A stretch of DNA of 64,000 nt from an uncultured Nitrospiraceae bacterium (GTDB lineage Bacteria; Nitrospirota; Thermodesulfovibrionia; Thermodesulfovibrionales; Dissulfurispiraceae): positions 352,001 to 416,000 of the forward strand of contig CAVPIW010000006.1 of the NCBI GenBank assembly GCA_963705105.1. The letters run 5' to 3'. The notes beneath the pieces were generated by a model. That model did not search any database. It saw nothing but the letters and a program-made list of their open reading frames with translations, and was not told the DNA's origin. Within the stretch, counting starts at the first letter, position 1; each line of letters opens with the position of its first letter. This document shows positions 10,401-22,087 of the stretch, piece after piece. The position numbers and the translations under genes were made by a program.

Positions 10401-12332
10401 ATGAAAAAAAAGGTATTTCTCGATACGCACACATACCCTGAAGCCCGGGAGCTGCTGGCCCGGAGAATGGCTGAACTCGGGTTGAGCCCGCTCCCCGAAG
10501 AGGTCATACCGGTCAGGGAGTCGAGGGGCAGGATCTCGGCCAGGCCCGTCTTCGCGCGGTACTCCTCGCCGTTCTACCATTCGGCGGCCATGGACGGGTA
10601 TGCCGTCCGGTACACCGACACCTTCGGCGCTTCGGAAACGTCGCCGCTGACGCTCAGGATCGGTGATGCCGCCCGTCCTGTCGATACGGGAGACCCCATG
10701 CCCGGGGGGTTCAATGCCGTTGTCATGATCGAGGATGTCAATGTCGTCGGCGACAATATCGAGATCTACGAAGCAGTCCCGCCCTATCAGCACGTAAGGC
10801 CCGTCGGCGAGGACATCGTTGCGACGGAACTGATCATCCCGGGAAACCACGTGATCAGGCCTATCGACATGGGCGCCATGCTCGCAAGCGGCAACCTCGA
10901 AGTCACCGTGAGGAGAAGACCCCGTGTCGTCATCATCCCGACAGGCAGCGAGATCATCGAGCCGGAGGTGGTACGTCAGAGGATGCCGGCACCCCCGGAG
11001 ATCATCGAATATAACTCTGTCGTCCTTGCGGGACTTGCCGAAGAATGCGGGGCCACGGTGACCCGTTCGCCAATTGTGCCTGACAACCTTGGCGAAATCA
11101 GGGATGCCATCGACAGTGCCCTGGCCGTTGCAGACCTTGTCCTCGTCAACGCGGGATCGGGAAGGGGGTCGGAGGACTACACGGCCCAGGCCATTGAGGC
11201 CATCGGAGAGGTGGTCCTGCAGGGCCTCTCCATGAAGCCCGGCAAACCTTTCATCGCAGGGTTTGTGAACGGAAAACCCGTCTTCGGCATCCCCGGCTAT
11301 CCCGTTTCCGCCTACATAACTTTTGAGCTCTTTGTGAGGCCGCTTCTCGAAGGCCTGCTCGGCATCGGACGGCAAGACCGGGAGACCGTCGAGGCAATTC
11401 TCTCCAGGCCTGTTTCTTCCTCTCTCGGCGTGGACGAGTTCGTGCGCGTCAAGATCGGCGCTGTCGGGGAGAAGCACATCGCCACGCCGGTGGGCCGGGG
11501 AGCTGGCCTGCTCATGTCCCTCGTGCGGGCCGACGGCATCCTGGAGATACCTTCATCATCAGAAGGATATGTGCAGGGAACGAAGGTAAAGGTTGAAGTA
11601 ATCCGAAAGAGGAAAGACATTGAGAGGACCATCGTTTGCATCGGCAGTCATGACAACACCCTCGATATCCTGGCCAATGCGGTCAAACAGAGACATCCCG
11701 ATTACTCGTTATCGTCGGCCCACGTCGGCTCCATGGGCGGACTGATCGCGCTCAGAAGGGGAGAGGCCCATGTCGCGGGGACCCACCTCCTCGATGAGGA
11801 AACGGGCGAATACAATATACCCTTTCTGAAAAAGGTGCTCGGCGGCCAGGACGTGCTGCTCGTGAACCTCGTGTACAGGCAGCAGGGTCTTGTCGTCAAG
11901 AGCGGAAACCCGAAAAAGATACTGGGCCTGGGCGACCTTGCCGGAAAGGACGTCGCATTCATCAACCGCCAGGCGGGTTCCGGGACGAGACTCCTTCTGG
12001 ACGGCCAGCTCCGGAAACTCGGCATCGATCCCCGGCATATCAGGGGGTATGAGCATGAGGAGTATACGCATATGTCCGTAGCGTCGGCCGTCCTCACGGG
12101 GCTTGCCGATGCAGGTCTCGCCGTGTATTCCTCCGCCGCGGCCCTGGGTCTCGACTTTATCCCTGTCGCCGATGAGCGGTACGACCTCGCAATCCCCCGC
12201 CGGTTCGTCGATTCGGACATGATCAGGATCATGCTCGGCATCATCAGGGAGGACCGGGAATTCAGGGAGACGGTGTTGCGTCTCGGCGGATACGATGTCA
12301 GAGACATGGGGAAGGTGATCTTCGGAGCATGA
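10401..12332 (+). CDS. moeA: Molybdopterin molybdotransferase MoeA fused to a PBP/LysR-type substrate-binding domain
   Basis: SAAMDGYAV, TGDPMP, KPGKP, PGYPVS; C-terminal GSHD, GSMGGL, NRQAGSGTR. Confidence 0.92.
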   Translation: MKKKVFLDTHTYPEARELLARRMAELGLSPLPEEVIPVRESRGRISARPVFARYSSPFYHSAAMDGYAVRYTDTFGASETSPLTLRIGDAARPVDTGDPMPGGFNAVVMIEDVNVVGDNIEIYEAVPPYQHVRPVGEDIVATELIIPGNHVIRPIDMGAMLASGNLEVTVRRRPRVVIIPTGSEIIEPEVVRQRMPAPPEIIEYNSVVLAGLAEECGATVTRSPIVPDNLGEIRDAIDSALAVADLVLVNAGSGRGSEDYTAQAIEAIGEVVLQGLSMKPGKPFIAGFVNGKPVFGIPGYPVSAYITFELFVRPLLEGLLGIGRQDRETVEAILSRPVSSSLGVDEFVRVKIGAVGEKHIATPVGRGAGLLMSLVRADGILEIPSSSEGYVQGTKVKVEVIRKRKDIERTIVCIGSHDNTLDILANAVKQRHPDYSLSSAHVGSMGGLIALRRGEAHVAGTHLLDEETGEYNIPFLKKVLGGQDVLLVNLVYRQQGLVVKSGNPKKILGLGDLAGKDVAFINRQAGSGTRLLLDGQLRKLGIDPRHIRGYEHEEYTHMSVASAVLTGLADAGLAVYSSAAALGLDFIPVADERYDLAIPRRFVDSDMIRIMLGIIREDREFRETVLRLGGYDVRDMGKVIFGA

Positions 12333-13825
12333 AAGGCCTCGTCGAAAAAATCAGTCTTTCTCTTGAGAGACCCACGCCGACGGACAAGCAGGCGGACCGG
12401 GAGCGTCTTGTCGATGCCCTCATCGGTCATACCGGCATAGACATCCCCGTCGTGATCGATCTCACCGTCCTGAAGGACGTGCCCCGTGTCCTGAGGGACC
12501 ATGGCTTTTCTGTCACTGTCACATCCTGTTTTACCGGTGACGCCCTGCGGGTCATCGCCCTGGACAAAGAGGTCTCCTGTGGCGTCGCTGTCGACATCGG
12601 GACGACAAACATCGTCGCTTCCCTTTATGACCTCGCTGACGGCAGGCGCATCGTTCAGAGGGAGCGGGAAAACCCCCAGACCGCGATCGCCCTCGATGTC
12701 CTTTCGCGGGTGCAGGTCGCCATGGGCGGACGGGGCAGGGAACTGCACGCACTCCTGATGGAAGGGATGAACGCCCTGATCGGAGACCTGTGCGCAGCCG
12801 GGGGGATCAGGCCTGGCGACATCGACTGCGTCGTCTGCGCCGGAAACACGATAATGACCCATTTCCTGCTGGACCTGCCCGTGGAGAACATACCCCTCGA
12901 ACCTTATATCCCGGCGGCCCACCATGTCAATCCCTTCCTTCCCGGTGAGATCGGCCTGTCGATGAACAGCCGGGGGCTCGTCCATGTCTTTCCCAATGTG
13001 GGAAGCTATGTGGGCGGCGATATCGTGGCGGGCATTCTGTCGTCAGGCCTGTATCGTGACCGTGAGCCGTCCTTTCTTATCGATGTGGGAACGAACGCCG
13101 AGATCGTCCTCGGATGTAATGAATGGATCATCGTCGGTGCAGGCGCAGCGGGACCGGCCCTTGAAGGCGGCATCGCCGAGATCGGAATGAGAGCGACAGA
13201 GGGGGCGGTTGACCATGTCAGGATCAGTGAGGAGGGCAGGCATGTCGTCGTCAGCACCATCGGCAACAGCGAACCAAAGGGGATCTGCGGTTCCGGCATG
13301 ATCGAGCTCGTTTCCGAACTCTACAAAACCGGCGTCATCAATGAGCAGGGGAAGTTCACAGCGTCGGCGCCGCGTCTCGTCCACGACGAGTTTTACAAGG
13401 GCTTCATCGTCTCCGATACCGGGGACAGGCAGCTCATCATCAAGGACCGTGACATCGACAATTTCCTCAGATCGAAGGCGGCCATGTTTTCCGCCCTCTA
13501 TGTAATCGTATCTTCCGTGGGACTGCGTTTCAGGGACATTTCGAAGGTCTATGTAAGCGGCGCCTTCGGGACCGGCATAGATGCCGAAAAGGCGATGCGC
13601 ATCGGCATGATCCCGAGCATCGGGAAAGAAAAAATAATCCCCGTCGGTAACACGTCACTCCGGGGAGCCGAGATGCTCCTGATGGACCGGGAACTCCTGA
13701 AGGACGTCGATCGGATCAGCCGTATGGTCACCTACCGCGAAATGAATACGGACGGCGACTTCATGCGCGAATTTCCCTCGGCCCTGGTCATCCCTCATTT
13801 CGACCCCGTCAAGCTCGAAGGCTGA
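12329..13825 (+). CDS. ASKHA ATPase, RACo/DUF4445-like reductive activator of corrinoid proteins, lacking the N-terminal ferredoxin
   Basis: DIGTT, AGNT.M, YVGGD, DVGTNAE, AAGPALEG, GICGSG, GAFG, GNTSL.GA. Confidence 0.85.
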   Translation: MKGLVEKISLSLERPTPTDKQADRERLVDALIGHTGIDIPVVIDLTVLKDVPRVLRDHGFSVTVTSCFTGDALRVIALDKEVSCGVAVDIGTTNIVASLYDLADGRRIVQRERENPQTAIALDVLSRVQVAMGGRGRELHALLMEGMNALIGDLCAAGGIRPGDIDCVVCAGNTIMTHFLLDLPVENIPLEPYIPAAHHVNPFLPGEIGLSMNSRGLVHVFPNVGSYVGGDIVAGILSSGLYRDREPSFLIDVGTNAEIVLGCNEWIIVGAGAAGPALEGGIAEIGMRATEGAVDHVRISEEGRHVVVSTIGNSEPKGICGSGMIELVSELYKTGVINEQGKFTASAPRLVHDEFYKGFIVSDTGDRQLIIKDRDIDNFLRSKAAMFSALYVIVSSVGLRFRDISKVYVSGAFGTGIDAEKAMRIGMIPSIGKEKIIPVGNTSLRGAEMLLMDRELLKDVDRISRMVTYREMNTDGDFMREFPSALVIPHFDPVKLEG

Positions 13826-13868
13826 ACCTTGTGGTTGCAACAGGCCCTCCTTTTCAAGCAACTGCGAG
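13825..13868 (+). repeat. Mini-copy of repeat family 1 (both termini, no interior)
   Basis: AACCTTGTGGTTGCAA...CCTTTTCAAGCAACTGC resembles the family ends AACCTTATCGTTGCAA and CCTTTTCATGCAACTGC. Confidence 0.5.
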
Positions 13869-13893
13869 CTGTGAAGACTGAGTCAGGCAGGGA

Positions 13894-15024
13894 TTACTGA
13901 TCTCCTCCCGGATTGACTTCATCCGGCAGAAGTCTCCTCGCCCCGATATAGCGGCGGATATAGTATGGTGTTTCGAGGCTGTCGATCGTCACCCTCTTCG
14001 ATTTTGAGGAGGCGTGAATGAAGAGATTGTTGCCGAGATAAATACCGACGTGGGATGGAAACGATGCATAGGTTCTGAAGAAGACGAGGTCTCCCACGGA
14101 AAGCTCCTCTTTGTCGATGGGTTCACCCACCCGGAACTGCTCGCGGGCGCTCCTGGGGAGTGAGAGGCCGCAGAATGAATAGACCTTCTGCACATAGGCC
14201 GAGCAATCGATGCCGAAGGGGCCGTTGCCCCCGAAGCGGTAGGGCAGATTCAGCATCTTCTTGGCGAGGAGTATGAGTCTGTCCCGAAGATCGAGGTCGG
14301 CAATTTCACTGGAAGCGGACATCTGCTTGACTTCGTGCAGCTTCTCAGAGGCGAGGACGACGGATGCCGCGTCCATCTGGGCGGGCTCCTCGGTCATTTG
14401 GCGTGAGGGCGCTTGTGGTTCCGGTGCCCTGCGGGCGACGACGAGGGTCTGTCCTTTCTTGAGTGAGCTGTCGACCAGCCCGTTGATCTCCTTCAACTCT
14501 GCCACACTGACGTGATATGTCTTCGCGATTTTCGCAAGAGAGTCACCCTTCTTAACTTTGTGTGTCGCTTGAACTGTGTGTGTCGCTTGAACGCCCTGTT
14601 TGACGAGGAGCTTCTGGCCTGTCTTGAGTCGGGACTTCCTGAGATGGTTGAGGTCCTTCAACTGGCTCTCGGACAGGTCGTATGTCCGGGCGATCTTTGC
14701 CAGGGATTCCCCCTTGCGGACCACATGATAAGTGCTTTGGCTCTCCGCCGGGCCGGTATTCGACTGCGTGCTCGTTGAAGATGATAGGGAATCTCTCTTT
14801 CTGTCGCCTTTTTTCTGCTTCTCCGGGATTTCGAGCTTCGTCCCGATTTTCAGCGTCTGGTTGTACATATCATTTGCGGATTGGATATCCGACGCCCGGA
14901 CTTTGTATTTCTTTGCGATCTTATCGAGTGTCTCTCCCCGTTTCACCGTATGGGTCCGTGCGGATGCATCGCTAACCCACAGGAGCAGCAGTGTGACAAA
15001 AAAGAGCGTCACAATCTTCTTCAT
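13894..15024 (-). CDS. LysM x3 plus NlpC/P60 peptidoglycan endopeptidase
   Basis: Signal peptide, three H.V..G.SL..IA LysM repeats, GIDCS and HVGIY. Confidence 0.93.
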   Translation of the reverse strand: MKKIVTLFFVTLLLLWVSDASARTHTVKRGETLDKIAKKYKVRASDIQSANDMYNQTLKIGTKLEIPEKQKKGDRKRDSLSSSTSTQSNTGPAESQSTYHVVRKGESLAKIARTYDLSESQLKDLNHLRKSRLKTGQKLLVKQGVQATHTVQATHKVKKGDSLAKIAKTYHVSVAELKEINGLVDSSLKKGQTLVVARRAPEPQAPSRQMTEEPAQMDAASVVLASEKLHEVKQMSASSEIADLDLRDRLILLAKKMLNLPYRFGGNGPFGIDCSAYVQKVYSFCGLSLPRSAREQFRVGEPIDKEELSVGDLVFFRTYASFPSHVGIYLGNNLFIHASSKSKRVTIDSLETPYYIRRYIGARRLLPDEVNPGGDQ

Positions 15025-15085
15025 TGAGGTCCTCCCTTTGCAAGATTGTGTTCAACGAAAAAATGCCTATTCGTAAAAACTTACT

Positions 15086-15679
15086 TCAGGCAGCCTCGTC
15101 CTTCATGAGATCCGCGATCGGCGGCAATTCAACGAGGCTGTTCAGCCCGAAATACTGCAGGAATTCCCGGCTCGTTCCGTACAGAAAAGGCCTGCCGGGC
15201 ACGTCCTTCTTCCCCAGGATTTTGATGAGACGCTTCTCCAGGAGACCCCGCAAGGCGCCTTCGGAATTAACGCCCCGCAGTTGATCGATTTCGATCTTCG
15301 TGATCGGCTGCTTGTAGGCGACGATCGCCAGCGTTTCCAGGGATGCCTGGGAAAGTTTCGAGGCCTGGTTGATGTTTTTCAGTCTCCTGACCCAGGGAGC
15401 CAGATCCGGGTCTGTCACCATCTGATAGCCGCCGGCTATCTCGACGACCATGATGGCCGAGTTCCGCTCATTATAATCTGATCGGAGATCGTCGAACAGT
15501 TCTTTAATCTCGGGGTGTTTCATCTCGGCGGCTTTTGATATGGTGTCGGCCGGCAAAGGCTTGTCGGAAACGAACAGGAGCGCCTCAAGAATCTTTTTTT
15601 TCTGCGCCCTTTCATCCCTGATTTCATGGGAGTGGTCAGACTGTCCCAAATGGTCTTTCTCATCGGGGGTCTTTTCCAT
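15086..15679 (-). CDS. scpB: SMC-Scp complex subunit ScpB
   Basis: LEALLF, LS.A.LETLAIVAYKQP, RGVNS, GRP.LYGT. Confidence 0.95.
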   Translation of the reverse strand: MEKTPDEKDHLGQSDHSHEIRDERAQKKKILEALLFVSDKPLPADTISKAAEMKHPEIKELFDDLRSDYNERNSAIMVVEIAGGYQMVTDPDLAPWVRRLKNINQASKLSQASLETLAIVAYKQPITKIEIDQLRGVNSEGALRGLLEKRLIKILGKKDVPGRPFLYGTSREFLQYFGLNSLVELPPIADLMKDEAA

Positions 15680-16013
15680 CGGGACCAAGTATACCAGATA
15701 GAAAATAAAATTGCAAAGCAAGGGCATAGGCAAATACTATAGATACAATAGGTGATGCACCCGATCATTCCGCCTGTCCCGGTCGTCCCATTGGGACATC
15801 AGTCCCGCAGGATATCATTAGGATATGGTCGATCTTTTCCGGCTCTCATCCACCCCTTTCCGGGTATACGTGCTGAACCGCCCTGTGGTATATTTAAAGG
15901 ATGTCTGTCAATCTCCGAGAAAGTAAACAGCGAAATCAGTGGAGGGTTGTCTTCGCATGTACGAACCCGGAGAGAATTCCCGGCGACGTCAGACACGCCG
16001 GAGGAGGAGAAGA

Positions 16014-16805
16014 ATGAATACGATTATCGCCTGTTTTATCCTTGTGTTCCTGGCAACCGTTCCTGTTCGGACTGCCGACGCCTTCAGCAAGACGGGATGC
16101 GAAGGGGACTGCAAGCAATGCCATAGCTTCGGCAAGGAGGAGGCGAAGGCCATCCTCAAGAAAGTGAAACTCACGGAAGCCAAGATCCTGGGTATCCAGA
16201 TCAGTCCTGTGAAGGGTCTCTGGGAAATCACACTGGAGGACAAGGGGAAGAAGGCGGTCCTGTATGTCGATCTCTCCAAGAAATATCTCATGACGGGACC
16301 GATCATCGAGGTCAGCACGGGATCGAACAAGACGATGGAGAAGGTGGACCAGATAACGGAGAAGAAGAAGGTCGACGTCTCGAAGATCCCCGTCAGCGAT
16401 ACGATCATCATGGGGAAGAAAGATGCGGCAAAGAGGGTCATTGTCTTCACCGACCCCGATTGCCCGTTTTGCGCTACACTTCACAAGGAAATCGCGAAGG
16501 TTTCAAAAGAGAGAAAAGACATTGTCTTTCATGTCAAGCTATACCCGCTGAAGGGCCACAAGGATGCCTACTGGAAATCAAAGAGCATCGTCTGCAACAA
16601 GTCGGTCAAAATGCTTGAGGACAATTTCGAGAAGAAAACCATAAAGAAGACCGAATGCGATACGAAGGAGATCGACGATACCATCAAGCTGGCCGAGTCT
16701 CTCGGCATCACGGGAACGCCGACCTTGGTCATGCCCGACGGGACCGTCTATTCGGGCACGATGCCCGCGGACCGCATCAAGAACATCATCGACGGGAAAA
16801 AGTGA
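16014..16805 (+). CDS. dsbC: DsbC-family disulfide isomerase with N-terminal CxxCH
   Basis: Signal peptide, FTDPDCPFC, GTPT; SD GGAGGAG. Confidence 0.85.
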   Translation: MNTIIACFILVFLATVPVRTADAFSKTGCEGDCKQCHSFGKEEAKAILKKVKLTEAKILGIQISPVKGLWEITLEDKGKKAVLYVDLSKKYLMTGPIIEVSTGSNKTMEKVDQITEKKKVDVSKIPVSDTIIMGKKDAAKRVIVFTDPDCPFCATLHKEIAKVSKERKDIVFHVKLYPLKGHKDAYWKSKSIVCNKSVKMLEDNFEKKTIKKTECDTKEIDDTIKLAESLGITGTPTLVMPDGTVYSGTMPADRIKNIIDGKK

Positions 16806-16807
16806 GC

Positions 16808-17017
16808 GTAAACCTTATCGTTGCAATGCACGCCCGGGAAAGGCGGGGCGTATGCGCCGACAACCTTGCTGCTGCGACACCTGTATCGAGACTGAAGACG
16901 AGGCATAAGCCAATCTCAGGAGAATTGGGCATCTTTTCCGACACTGACACTCACACTGATACTGACACTGTTTTCAGAGTGATTCGCCCCGCCTTTCAAT
17001 GCAACTGCAGGGTAAAG
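16808..17017 (+). repeat. Repeat family 1, copy 3 (subtype B)
   Basis: AACCTTATCGTTGCAAT..AAAGGCGGGG..(ACACTG)n..CCCCGCCTTTCAATGCAAC; ends 4 bp before the carA ATG. Confidence 0.94.
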
Positions 17018-17021
17018 TTTC

Positions 17022-18158
17022 ATGGGTAGGGCACTCCTGGTCCTTTCGGACGGATACGTCTTTGAGGGGAAGAGCTTCGGCGCCGACGGCGAAAGCATCG
17101 GCGAAGTGGTGTTCAACACGTCCATGACGGGCTATCAGGAGATCCTGACGGATGCGTCGTACAAGGGACAGATCGTCACGATGACGTATACGCAGATCGG
17201 CAACTACGGCGTCAATGCCGAAGATGTCGAGTCGTCGGGGGGGCCGAAAGCGGAGGGTTTTGTCGTCCGTGAATACGTCGGTGAACCGAGCAACTGGAGA
17301 TCATCGGTCTCCCTCGGCGCCTACCTCCTGAGGCACGGGATCGTAGGGATCGAGGGAGTGGACACGAGGGCCCTGACGCAGCACCTGAGAAATTTCGGCG
17401 CCCGCATGGGCATCATCTCCACGGTGGATCATGACCCTGCGAGTCTCCTGCGGAAGGTGAGGAATCATCCCGGCATATCCGCCCTCGACCTCGTTTCCGA
17501 CGTGGCGACTCGGGAGCGGTATACCTGGACGGAAGGGCTCTGGACATGGCCCGACCCGGCTTCACAGGGACAGGAAGGGAGAGGTCAGGTTCCGGTTTAT
17601 TCCGTCGCCGTGTATGATTTCGGCGTCAAGTCCAATATCCTGAGGAGCCTCGTCGCCTACGGGTTCACCGTGACGGTATTCCCGGCGCAGACCCCGGCGG
17701 AAGAGGTGCTCGAGACGAATCCCGACGCCGTTCTCCTGAGCAACGGCCCCGGGGACCCCGAGACGGTGACATACGCCATCGAAAACACGAAAAAACTCTT
17801 CGGGAGGAAACCGATTTTCGGCATCTGCCTCGGCCACCAGATCCTCGGCCTCGCCCTGGGCGGGAGGACCTACAAGCTGAAATTCGGCCATCACGGCGGC
17901 AATCACCCCGTCATGGACCTTTCAACGGGGAAAGTGGAGATCACCGCGCAGAACCACAATTACTGCGTCGACCTCGCCAGTCTCGGCGGACGGGCGATCC
18001 TGACGCACCGCAACCTGTACGACGGCACGGAGGAGGGCATGCGCCACACCGAGTTGCCCGTCTTTTCCGTGCAGTACCACCCCGAGGCGGCGCCGGGCCC
18101 GAACGATTCGGCCCGCCTGTTCGGACGCTTCCGCGAGATGGTTGAGACGCACCGATAG
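17022..18158 (+). CDS. carA: Carbamoyl-phosphate synthase small subunit
   Basis: [27 protein letters not shown]. Confidence 0.97.
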   Translation: MGRALLVLSDGYVFEGKSFGADGESIGEVVFNTSMTGYQEILTDASYKGQIVTMTYTQIGNYGVNAEDVESSGGPKAEGFVVREYVGEPSNWRSSVSLGAYLLRHGIVGIEGVDTRALTQHLRNFGARMGIISTVDHDPASLLRKVRNHPGISALDLVSDVATRERYTWTEGLWTWPDPASQGQEGRGQVPVYSVAVYDFGVKSNILRSLVAYGFTVTVFPAQTPAEEVLETNPDAVLLSNGPGDPETVTYAIENTKKLFGRKPIFGICLGHQILGLALGGRTYKLKFGHHGGNHPVMDLSTGKVEITAQNHNYCVDLASLGGRAILTHRNLYDGTEEGMRHTELPVFSVQYHPEAAPGPNDSARLFGRFREMVETHR

Positions 18159-18181
18159 GAGATGGTCTTCCCCGCGAACGT

Positions 18182-18784
18182 ATGAATTCTGAAGGCATTT
18201 ATCACATTGACGACGGAAAAGACCTTTTCACCTTCAGGACAAGCTCCTTCACTGTCGACAGGGGCAGTATCCTGCACAGCGGCATCTTTAACAGGGAACT
18301 CGCCTCAAGCCTCGCCGCAGGCGCCCTGATAATGCTGGCGGGGTTTTTTTTTGTCGACAGGGTCACGACGACCCGTGCTTTCATAGCCCTGCTACTCTTC
18401 ATTTTTCTTTTTCTCTCCTTCCGGACCCTTGTTTTCCGGGAACCTGTCCTTGAGCTGACCTTCGACAGGCAGAAAAGGCGCATCGGTCTGTCCGTCAGGA
18501 AGAGTCTGGGGACCCGGCAGATGCAGATCTCTTCCACCGATGTGGCCGGCGTCCGCATCGGCGAAAACACCTTTGATCCCGAGAACATCGACGGTGTCAA
18601 AGTGGTCGAAAAGATCGCCCTGCAGCATCACACGGTCATGCCCGGATTGGGGGAACGGCGGACCCTTTATGCGGTCGAGCTTGTTCTACTAAGCGGTAAT
18701 TGCCATGTGGTTTTCTCGACCGAGGCGGCCGATCATGCCCGGGACGTTGCGGACAAACTGAACCATGCGATAGAGAGGTGCTGA
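18182..18784 (+). CDS. Hypothetical two-TM membrane protein between carA and carB
   Basis: Two hydrophobic helices; stop overlaps the carB ATG (TGATG). Confidence 0.7.
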   Translation: MNSEGIYHIDDGKDLFTFRTSSFTVDRGSILHSGIFNRELASSLAAGALIMLAGFFFVDRVTTTRAFIALLLFIFLFLSFRTLVFREPVLELTFDRQKRRIGLSVRKSLGTRQMQISSTDVAGVRIGENTFDPENIDGVKVVEKIALQHHTVMPGLGERRTLYAVELVLLSGNCHVVFSTEAADHARDVADKLNHAIERC

Positions 18785-21700
18785 TGCCCAAGAGAAACGA
18801 CATCCGGAAGATTCTCCTCATCGGTTCCGGACCCATTGTGATCGGTCAGGCCTGCGAGTTCGACTACTCGGGGACTCAGGCCTGCAAGGCCCTCCGCGAA
18901 GAGGGATACAAGGTCGTCCTGGTGAACTCCAACCCCGCCACCATCATGACCGATCCCGAGACTGCCGACGTCACCTACATCGAACCCCTTTCGGCGGAGA
19001 TAATCGGGCTCATCATCAAACGGGAAAGGCCTGAGGCCCTCCTGCCGACCATGGGCGGTCAGACGGCGCTCAACCTTGCCGTTGAGCTGGCGGAATCGGG
19101 ATTTCTCGAGGAGCACAACGTCGAACTCATCGGGGCGAAGCTCCCTGCCATCAAGAAGGCCGAGGACAGGGAGCTCTTCAAGGAGGCGATGCGGAGGATC
19201 GGTCTGGAAGTCCCGAAGAGCGCGGCGGTGACGACGCTGAAAGAGGGCATGGACTGTATCGACGAGATCGGTTTTCCCGCTATCCTGAGACCCGCCTTCA
19301 CCCTTGGAGGCACGGGCGGAGGCATCGCCTACAACATCGAGGAATACCGTGACTTTCTCGAAAGAGGTTTGAAACTCAGTCCCGTCCGCCAGATTCTTGT
19401 CGAGGAGTCCGTTCTGGGCTGGAAGGAATACGAGCTTGAGGTCATGCGGGACAGGAAAGACAATGTGGTGATCATCTGTTCCATCGAAAACTTCGATCCC
19501 ATGGGAGTCCATACGGGTGACTCAATTACCGTTGCACCGGCCCAGACACTGACCGATAAGGAGTACCAGCGGATGCGCGATGCAGCGATCGCCGTCATAC
19601 GAGAAATCGGCGTCGATACGGGAGGGTCCAATATCCAGTTCGCCGTCCATCCCGGGACGGGACGAATGACCGTCATCGAGATGAACCCGAGGGTCTCCCG
19701 GAGTTCGGCCCTTGCAAGCAAGGCAACGGGCTTTCCCATCGCAAAACTCGCAGCAAAGCTCGCCGTCGGCTATAGCCTCGACGAGATCCGCAATGACATC
19801 ACCAGGGAGACGCCTGCCTCCTTCGAACCCGCCATCGATTACGTCGTTACCAAGGTCCCCCGGTTCACCTTCGAGAAGTTCCCCGAGGCGGACGGGACGC
19901 TGACGACGCAGATGAAGTCCGTCGGAGAGGTGATGTCCATCGGCAGGACATTCAAGGAATCACTCCAGAAGTCTCTCAGGAGCCTTGAGATCGGCTCGGC
20001 GGGACTTGAGCCGGTGGAGGCGACAGTCTATGACATCAGGGCGAAGCTGAAGACGCCGAATGCAGAACGGCTCTGGTACATCGCCGAGGCATTCAGAAGA
20101 GGCGTCAGTCTTGAAGAGATCGGTGAGCTGACGATGATCGATCCGTGGTTTTTGCGGCATCTGCGCCGGATCATCGATCTGGAAATACAGGTTTCGGATC
20201 GGGGGAGAGAGATCCTTGACGATGCGCAAGCGTTGAGGGAACTGAAGGAATACGGCTTTTCGGACAGGAGGATCGCCGAACTGAGCGGCCACAGCGAGGA
20301 CGCGATCCGCCACAGGCGGAGAGAGGAGGGCATCCGCCCGGTCTACAAACTGGTCGACACCTGTGCGGCTGAGTTCGAGGCATACACTCCCTACCTGTAC
20401 TCGACCTACGAAAAGCCTTTCTACCGGATAGCCGGTGACGGTGACACGCCGGGAGCCACGGCAGAGGCCGTCGTCCCGAAAACTGCCTGCGACGCAAACC
20501 CGACGGACAGGAAGAAGATCGTCATCCTCGGGTCGGGGCCCAACAGGATCGGGCAGGGCATCGAGTTTGACTACTGTTGCGTCCAGGCCGTCTTCGCCCT
20601 CAGGGAACTGGGGTACGAGACCATCATGATCAACTGCAACCCTGAGACGGTCAGCACCGACTATGATACGGCTGACCGTCTCTATTTCGAACCCCTGACA
20701 ATCGAGGATGTCCTGAACATCATCGATCTCGAGAAGCCCGAGGGCGTCATCGTTCAGTTCGGGGGGCAGACCCCCCTGAAACTCGCTGTCCCCCTCGAAC
20801 GGGAAGGGGTGAAGATTCTCGGCACATCTCCCGATTCCATCGATCGAGCCGAGGACAGGAGACGTTTCAAGGAGCTGCTCCACAATCTCGGTCTCAGGCA
20901 GCCTGAGAGCGACACGGCCCTGTCCGTCGACGACGCGGTTCGGGCTGCGGCCGTCATCGGATATCCCGTCATGGTGAGGCCATCCTATGTCCTCGGCGGA
21001 CGGGCGATGGAGATCGTCTATGACGAGACGTCGATGAAAGATTACATGAGGAGGGCCGTCAAGGCATCACCTGAGCATCCCATCCTCGTCGACAAGTATC
21101 TTGAAGACGCCATAGAGGTTGACGTCGACGCACTCTCGGACGGCACGGACGTCGTCATCGGCGGTGTCATGGAGCACATAGAGGAGGCGGGTATCCATTC
21201 GGGCGATTCGGCCTGTTCCCTTCCTCCCTACTCGCTCCCGGCGGGCATTGTTGAGACGATCAAGGGCCAGGCGAAGGCCCTCGCCCGGGAGCTCGATGTG
21301 CGGGGCCTCATGAATGTGCAGTTCGCCGTCAAGGACAACGAGATATTCATCCTTGAGGTGAACCCCCGTGCATCCAGGACGATACCGTATGTCAGCAAGG
21401 CGACAGGTGTCTCCCTCGCACGCCTGGCGGCGAAGGTTATAGTCGGGAGGACTCTCAGGGACCTCGGGATTACGGAAGAAAAGAAGATATCCCACGTCGC
21501 CGTCAAGGAGGCCGTTTTCCCCTTTGACCGTTTTCCCGGCGTCGATACGATCCTCGGCCCGGAAATGAAGTCGACGGGCGAAGTCATGGGCATCGACGAG
21601 GATTTCGGCAGGGCTTACGCCAAGGCCCAGGCCGCGAGCAACAACAGCATCCCCACGTCAGGAACGATTTTCGTCAGCGTCAAGGACCGGGACAAGCATC

Positions 21701-22065
21701 AGACCGTGGACATCGCCCGGGGGCTCGCGCGACTCGGCTTCAGCCTCGTCGCGACCTGGGGGACGGCGAGATACCTTGCCGGGCAAGGCATCGCCGTGAA
21801 AGGCATTAACAAGGTCGCCGAGGGCAGACCCCATGTCGTCGACCTCATCAAGAACAGGGAGGTCCATTTCATCATCAACACCGTCTCGGGTGCGCAGGCG
21901 CAGAAGGACTCCTTGTCGATCAGGAGAAACGCCCTCCAGTTCAAGATCCCTTACACGACGACTATTTCCGGGGCACGGGCTATCGTGACGGCGATGGAGA
22001 TGCTTGCGAAAAAAGAGTTGAGCATCCGGTCCATCCAGGAATACAATAGAGGCATCCACTACTAA
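18784..22065 (+). CDS. carB: Carbamoyl-phosphate synthase large subunit
   Basis: [27 protein letters not shown], duplicated ATP-grasp, MGS domain. Confidence 0.98.
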   Translation: MPKRNDIRKILLIGSGPIVIGQACEFDYSGTQACKALREEGYKVVLVNSNPATIMTDPETADVTYIEPLSAEIIGLIIKRERPEALLPTMGGQTALNLAVELAESGFLEEHNVELIGAKLPAIKKAEDRELFKEAMRRIGLEVPKSAAVTTLKEGMDCIDEIGFPAILRPAFTLGGTGGGIAYNIEEYRDFLERGLKLSPVRQILVEESVLGWKEYELEVMRDRKDNVVIICSIENFDPMGVHTGDSITVAPAQTLTDKEYQRMRDAAIAVIREIGVDTGGSNIQFAVHPGTGRMTVIEMNPRVSRSSALASKATGFPIAKLAAKLAVGYSLDEIRNDITRETPASFEPAIDYVVTKVPRFTFEKFPEADGTLTTQMKSVGEVMSIGRTFKESLQKSLRSLEIGSAGLEPVEATVYDIRAKLKTPNAERLWYIAEAFRRGVSLEEIGELTMIDPWFLRHLRRIIDLEIQVSDRGREILDDAQALRELKEYGFSDRRIAELSGHSEDAIRHRRREEGIRPVYKLVDTCAAEFEAYTPYLYSTYEKPFYRIAGDGDTPGATAEAVVPKTACDANPTDRKKIVILGSGPNRIGQGIEFDYCCVQAVFALRELGYETIMINCNPETVSTDYDTADRLYFEPLTIEDVLNIIDLEKPEGVIVQFGGQTPLKLAVPLEREGVKILGTSPDSIDRAEDRRRFKELLHNLGLRQPESDTALSVDDAVRAAAVIGYPVMVRPSYVLGGRAMEIVYDETSMKDYMRRAVKASPEHPILVDKYLEDAIEVDVDALSDGTDVVIGGVMEHIEEAGIHSGDSACSLPPYSLPAGIVETIKGQAKALARELDVRGLMNVQFAVKDNEIFILEVNPRASRTIPYVSKATGVSLARLAAKVIVGRTLRDLGITEEKKISHVAVKEAVFPFDRFPGVDTILGPEMKSTGEVMGIDEDFGRAYAKAQAASNNSIPTSGTIFVSVKDRDKHQTVDIARGLARLGFSLVATWGTARYLAGQGIAVKGINKVAEGRPHVVDLIKNREVHFIINTVSGAQAQKDSLSIRRNALQFKIPYTTTISGARAIVTAMEMLAKKELSIRSIQEYNRGIHY

Positions 22066-22087
22066 GTTCTACGCACAGGAGGGATTC

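Noticed and set aside
14560..14592. 18-bp tandem duplication in the LysM gene
   Set aside because: In-frame linker duplication (VQATHT), trivial.
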